From Sphyrna mokarran (Eukaryota): DNA of 64,000 bases. Of this stretch, positions 60,166 to 64,000 are shown in pieces. Every line of letters starts with the position of its first letter. The stretch's first letter is position 1. The notes under the pieces were generated by a model. That model ran no database searches, had not been told where the DNA came from, and saw nothing but the letters and a program-made list of their open reading frames with translations. Both the position numbers and the translations under genes were made by a program. The DNA lies in NCBI GenBank assembly GCA_024679065.1, contig JAGIQG010000020.1:21948001-22012000 (forward strand). Direction: 5' to 3'.

Positions 60166-61094
60166 TAACTTTGCTTTTAGAACTTTAGCTGAGATAAGAT
60201 CAACAAGAGACTGGTAAAACCTGTGATGAAGAAGTTCACTTGAAATCACCTTCCCAGAAATGTATTTATTAATCTCAGTCTTCATTTAATCCTTTGCCTT
60301 TGTCATTTTGATATGTGCTTTCCTCTTTTCTGTTCTCCTGACCTTGGAGGTTGAGTTGAATGTTGCGTGTTGACTGCTTGAAGGTTGAATGAGATTAGCA
60401 CATCTGGCATGATCTCTCTCATTTTCCCTGAAGGTTAGCAGGTATAACATTTTACCAATATGAGAGTCAGAATGAAATAGAATGGCCATTAAAATACTCC
60501 TGGGACTCTGAACTATGTGTGTGTTTAATTGCTTCACTTCCTAATGGATGTTATGCAGAATCTGAAATTCACTACCTCTCAATTATGTACTTTAGCAAAG
60601 TGCGACCTTTAAACTTTGCCTTCTAATAATAGCTGTATTTCTGGTTGCGAAATATTGATCTCTCTTTTATCATTTCCCATCTATTACGATGTCATGCAAA
60701 ATAATTTAAACTGCTGATTCCACTGTTGCAATGATGTTTCTAACCATAGCAAATGTTGCTGACCTGTAGGATTTTGAGGAATTTGTTGTCTGTCAGTTTC
60801 TAGATCTCAAACTGAGTTGGCAAGTCTCAAAATCCTTTAGGTACTTTTAACTAACTACCTCTAAATAGTAAATAATGATTAGCTGAGGATATCCTTGCAA
60901 CAATTCCAGATTGCATAAAACAAATTGCATGTTGTACACTTCAGTTATTACATAATTAATTATTTCTCTAATCTATTGATGTTTGATTAGGGCAATATTT
61001 CTCAAAGTGAGAATCCCTGAGGATCGATAGAGACTTCCCAAAGAGTATACAAGATGATCCAAAATGTAACTGAGGTCAAGAAAATCAACTCAGC

Positions 61095-61412
61095 TTTTTT
61101 ATTTATTCATAGGACATGGGCTGGCCAGCATTTATTGTCCATCCCTAAGTGAGAGTTAACCACATTTCTTTGGCTCTGGAGTCACATGTGGGCCAGATTA
61201 GGTAAACACAGCAGGTTTTCTCCCTTGATAAAGCATATGTATTTTTCTGACACCGATAATGGTTTCATGAGTAGAACCTTAATTCCAGATTTTTTTTATT
61301 TGATTCAAATCCCATCAACTGCAGTGGCAAGATCCAAACATAGTCCCCAGAACATTTAGTTGTGTTTTTGGATTAATAGTCCAGTGATAATACTATTAGG
61401 CTATCGCCTCCC
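61095..61412 (-). mobile_element. tRNA-derived SINE type C
   Basis: ggccagcatttattgtccatccct...tctggagtcacatgtgggccaga...ggctatcgcctccc. Confidence 0.78.
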
Positions 61413-61443
61413 TCTTACTTTTATTGATAATGCTGTTATTAAT

Positions 61444-61675
61444 TGTTATGTACGTATGTTAGAGGTTTGGGGTGCGTACTGCTCCTTTAAGGGTGCAAGT
61501 CATGTGACCCTCCCTAAGGTGGAGCTAGCTCCTTCCCGGTGGAACCTGATTAAGCAGTCCAGGAATTGAAGATGGGACATGCACCCCTATAATAAAGTGT
61601 TCCTCAGTGTTCAAGTTAAGAAGCCGATTTCATTGTTATTCATCTCCTTACCTTGATAAGTACATTCATAATACA
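61444..61675 (+). mobile_element. Short solo-LTR-like element
   Basis: tgttatg...cataataca termini with an internal AATAAA; no clean TSD. Confidence 0.4.
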
Positions 61676-61959
61676 AATCACCAGAGGGGTAAGTGAATGA
61701 ATGTGTTAAAATCCATGTGACCAACAAACAAAAAGAACCATATTTACAGAATGGTTCCAATGAGAAATGAATGGACAAGATTTTATTTAATATAACCCTT
61801 ACTTTAACAATCAATTCAAAATCAACATAAATTAAACATGAATTAACAGGCAAAGGCCTGATCATATTAACCATAATTTATTCATTAAATAGCAAAAATA
61901 GATCTCAGGGATTTACTGGTCAGTCCATTCAATGTAAATGGCATGAGTTTCAGACACAA

Positions 61960-62440
61960 GGGCTGGGATTCTCCCAAAACAAAACTAAGTGCTCAATGGA
62001 TGAGAAAATAAAGGCATTTCCTGCCTGTTTTTGGATGTATTACTGGAATGAATCTCTGACACTCTGTGCAATGCAGAGTGCCTCAGCATGATTCCTTCTG
62101 ATAAGCAGGGGGTGGGGGCCTAATCCTGTCTGAGAGGCCGGCAGCGTAGTGTTGAGTGGGCCACTGTGCATGTGTCAATGTCTGTCAGAGCAGAGATTGG
62201 CACAGGCGCACAGCTTCTCTCCACCCTCCCCCCCCAACATCACTCGCCTCCCGATCATTGGCCGCTGACCTCTGGCCTTCTCCAGAACCCCCTTGATCGC
62301 TGGTCTTCCCAACACCCCCTCAACCCAACTCCTCTCTGCCCCTGGGTTGCTGGCCTGTGGGACCTCACCGGTGGAGGTTGGCTGAGCACCAAATTCCTCG
62401 TTCTCGTTGGCAGTGGCAACAGGATGTCAAGTCTGAAGGA
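61960..62440. mobile_element. Harbinger-type element left part (family of 2871-3656)
   Basis: gggctgggattctccc start and shared gaatctctgacactctgt. Confidence 0.65.
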
Positions 62441-62446
62441 ACTCAG

Positions 62447-62760
62447 GCCACAATTGTGGCACAGTGATTAGCACTGCTACCTCACAGTGCCAGGGACCCG
62501 GGTTCAGTTCCGGCCTAGGGTCACTGTTTGTGCCGAGTTTGCACATTCTCCCTGCATGTGTATGGGTTTCCTCCGGGTGCTTCAGTTTCCTCCCACAGCC
62601 CAAAGATATGCGGATTTGGTCAATTGGCTATGATGAATTGCCTGCAGTGTCAGGAGACTAGCAGTGTAGGGGTTACAGGAATAGGACCTGGGTGGGTTAT
62701 GGGTTGGTGCAGACTCAAGTGGCCAAATGGCCTCCTTCTGCACTGCAAGGATTTTATGAT
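62447..62760 (+). mobile_element. HE1-type V-SINE (type A)
   Basis: gtggcacagtgattagcactgct...ggcctccttctgcactgcaaggattttatgat. Confidence 0.88.
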
Positions 62761-63023
62761 AATCTTTGAAACCACATGTTTCATCACAGCAGTTTTAAGG
62801 TGACCTTGGTGAAGGGCAAAGAAAAAATATAGCTGCATGATGTGAGGATATGAGTTTACATGAATGAGAGCTGATTGTGGTGCGAGGATTTACTGTACAA
62901 TTAACTATCTGGCTGTCTCTTAATTTCTGTAGACTGTGTTTGAACATTGGAACAGAGTTCACTGAACATGTTTCAAATGTCAGTGAGCAAGGTACAGTTA
63001 GTTTACTACATTTACCAGATACT

Positions 63024-63193
63024 GGGCGGGATATTCCCATCCTTTCTGCTGGCAGGATCTTCTGGTCATGTTGATGCTGCCATAGTTTTCTGAACAGCAT
63101 GAGGTAGTTTCAGTGGAAGATCCTGTTGCTGACCAACAGGGAGCTGCCTTTCACTGCAAGAAATATGTTGCAGGGGTCCAGAGAATCCTGCCC
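63024..63193. mobile_element. Harbinger-type MITE (170 bp)
   Basis: TIR gggcgggat / atcctgccc with a 3-bp TSD act at 63021-63023 and 63194-63196. Confidence 0.7.
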
Positions 63194-63308
63194 ACTAAAT
63201 ATTTTCATTGATCTAACAACAATCACATCAATGGAGAGGTCACAGGTTGTGGACATCACTGGGCAAGCATTTATTGCCCATCCCTGAGTATTTATTGCCC
63301 ATCCCTTG

Positions 63309-64000
63309 TGCCCCACAAGACTGTGTTCTCAGCCCCTTATACATCTATGACTGTGCAGCCAAATTCCTCTCCAATTCAATTTTCAAATTTGTTGACGATA
63401 CCACCATAGTGGGTCTGATCTCAAACAATGATGGGAATGAGATAGAGAATCTCGTGAACTGTTGCGGCAACAATAATCTCTCCCTCAATGTCAATAGAAC
63501 AAAAGAGATTGTCATCGACTTCTGCAAATGTAAATGAGAATATGCTCCTGACCACCAACAGATATGAGATAGAAAGTGTCGAGAACTTCAAGCTTGTATG
63601 TGTCCAGATCACCAACAACCTGTCCTAGTCTCCCTATGCTGACACTATAGTTAAGAAAGCCCACTAATGTTTCTACTTTTTCAGAAGACTAAGGAAATTT
63701 AGCATGTCAGCTACGACTCTCACCAAATTTTACAGATACATCATAGAAAGTATTCTTTTTGGTTATATCACAACTTGGTACAGTTCCTGCTCTGCCCAAG
63801 ACCACAAGGAATGACAGAAGGTCGTGAATGTAGCCCAATCCATTATGCAAACCAGCCTCCCATCCATTGACTCTCTCTACACTTCCTTCTGTCTTGGTAA
63901 AGCAGCCAGCATAATTATGGATCACATGTACCCTGGACATTCTCTCTTCCACCTTCTTCTATCGGGAAAAATATACAAAAGTCTGAGGTCACGTACTAAC
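63309..64000 (+). mobile_element. Rex1/Babar-type LINE RT fragment (runs off the window)
   Basis: ORF 63247-63537 reads APQDCVLSPL...IFKFVDDTTIVGLISNND...NNLSLNVNRTKEIVIDF. Confidence 0.9.

Noticed and set aside
60343-60427. Possible minus-strand exon (ttcag acceptor, gtcagg donor)
   Set aside because: It has no polypyrimidine tract, no recognisable peptide and no partner exons.

Overview
This is eukaryotic genomic DNA, almost certainly from a shark or ray, judged by its repeat content: HE1/V-SINEs, SacSINE1-like DeuSINEs, CR1 (HER1-like), Rex1/Babar and L2 LINEs, Penelope-like elements, PIF/Harbinger remnants and solo LTRs. The only host protein-coding gene I can support is the 3' end of acetoacetyl-CoA synthetase (AACS, + strand). 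It has six GT-AG exons at 8645-8758, 10696-10821, 13227-13296, 15439-15497, 18846-19048 and 23048-23185 (stop), which splice in frame, and poly(A) signals at 23209 and 24369. From about 24.4 kb to the end the window is TE-dense intergenic DNA with heavy nesting. Almost all ORFs in the supplied track are TE fragments or chance. There is no CRISPR array, rRNA or genuine tRNA gene. The most interesting signals are in RNA and retroelement biology: (1) minimal hammerhead-ribozyme motifs from at least three Penelope-like families, one with an intact core; (2) a young CR1 LINE carrying a V-SINE core domain in its own 3' UTR; (3) a V-SINE subfamily that appears to have swapped its CR1 tail for a Rex1/Babar-type tail; (4) an intronic minisatellite apparently amplified from a Penelope terminal repeat; (5) several local templated duplications. 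TE family names come from motif recognition by eye, not database searches, and TE boundaries are approximate unless a target-site duplication (TSD) is cited.
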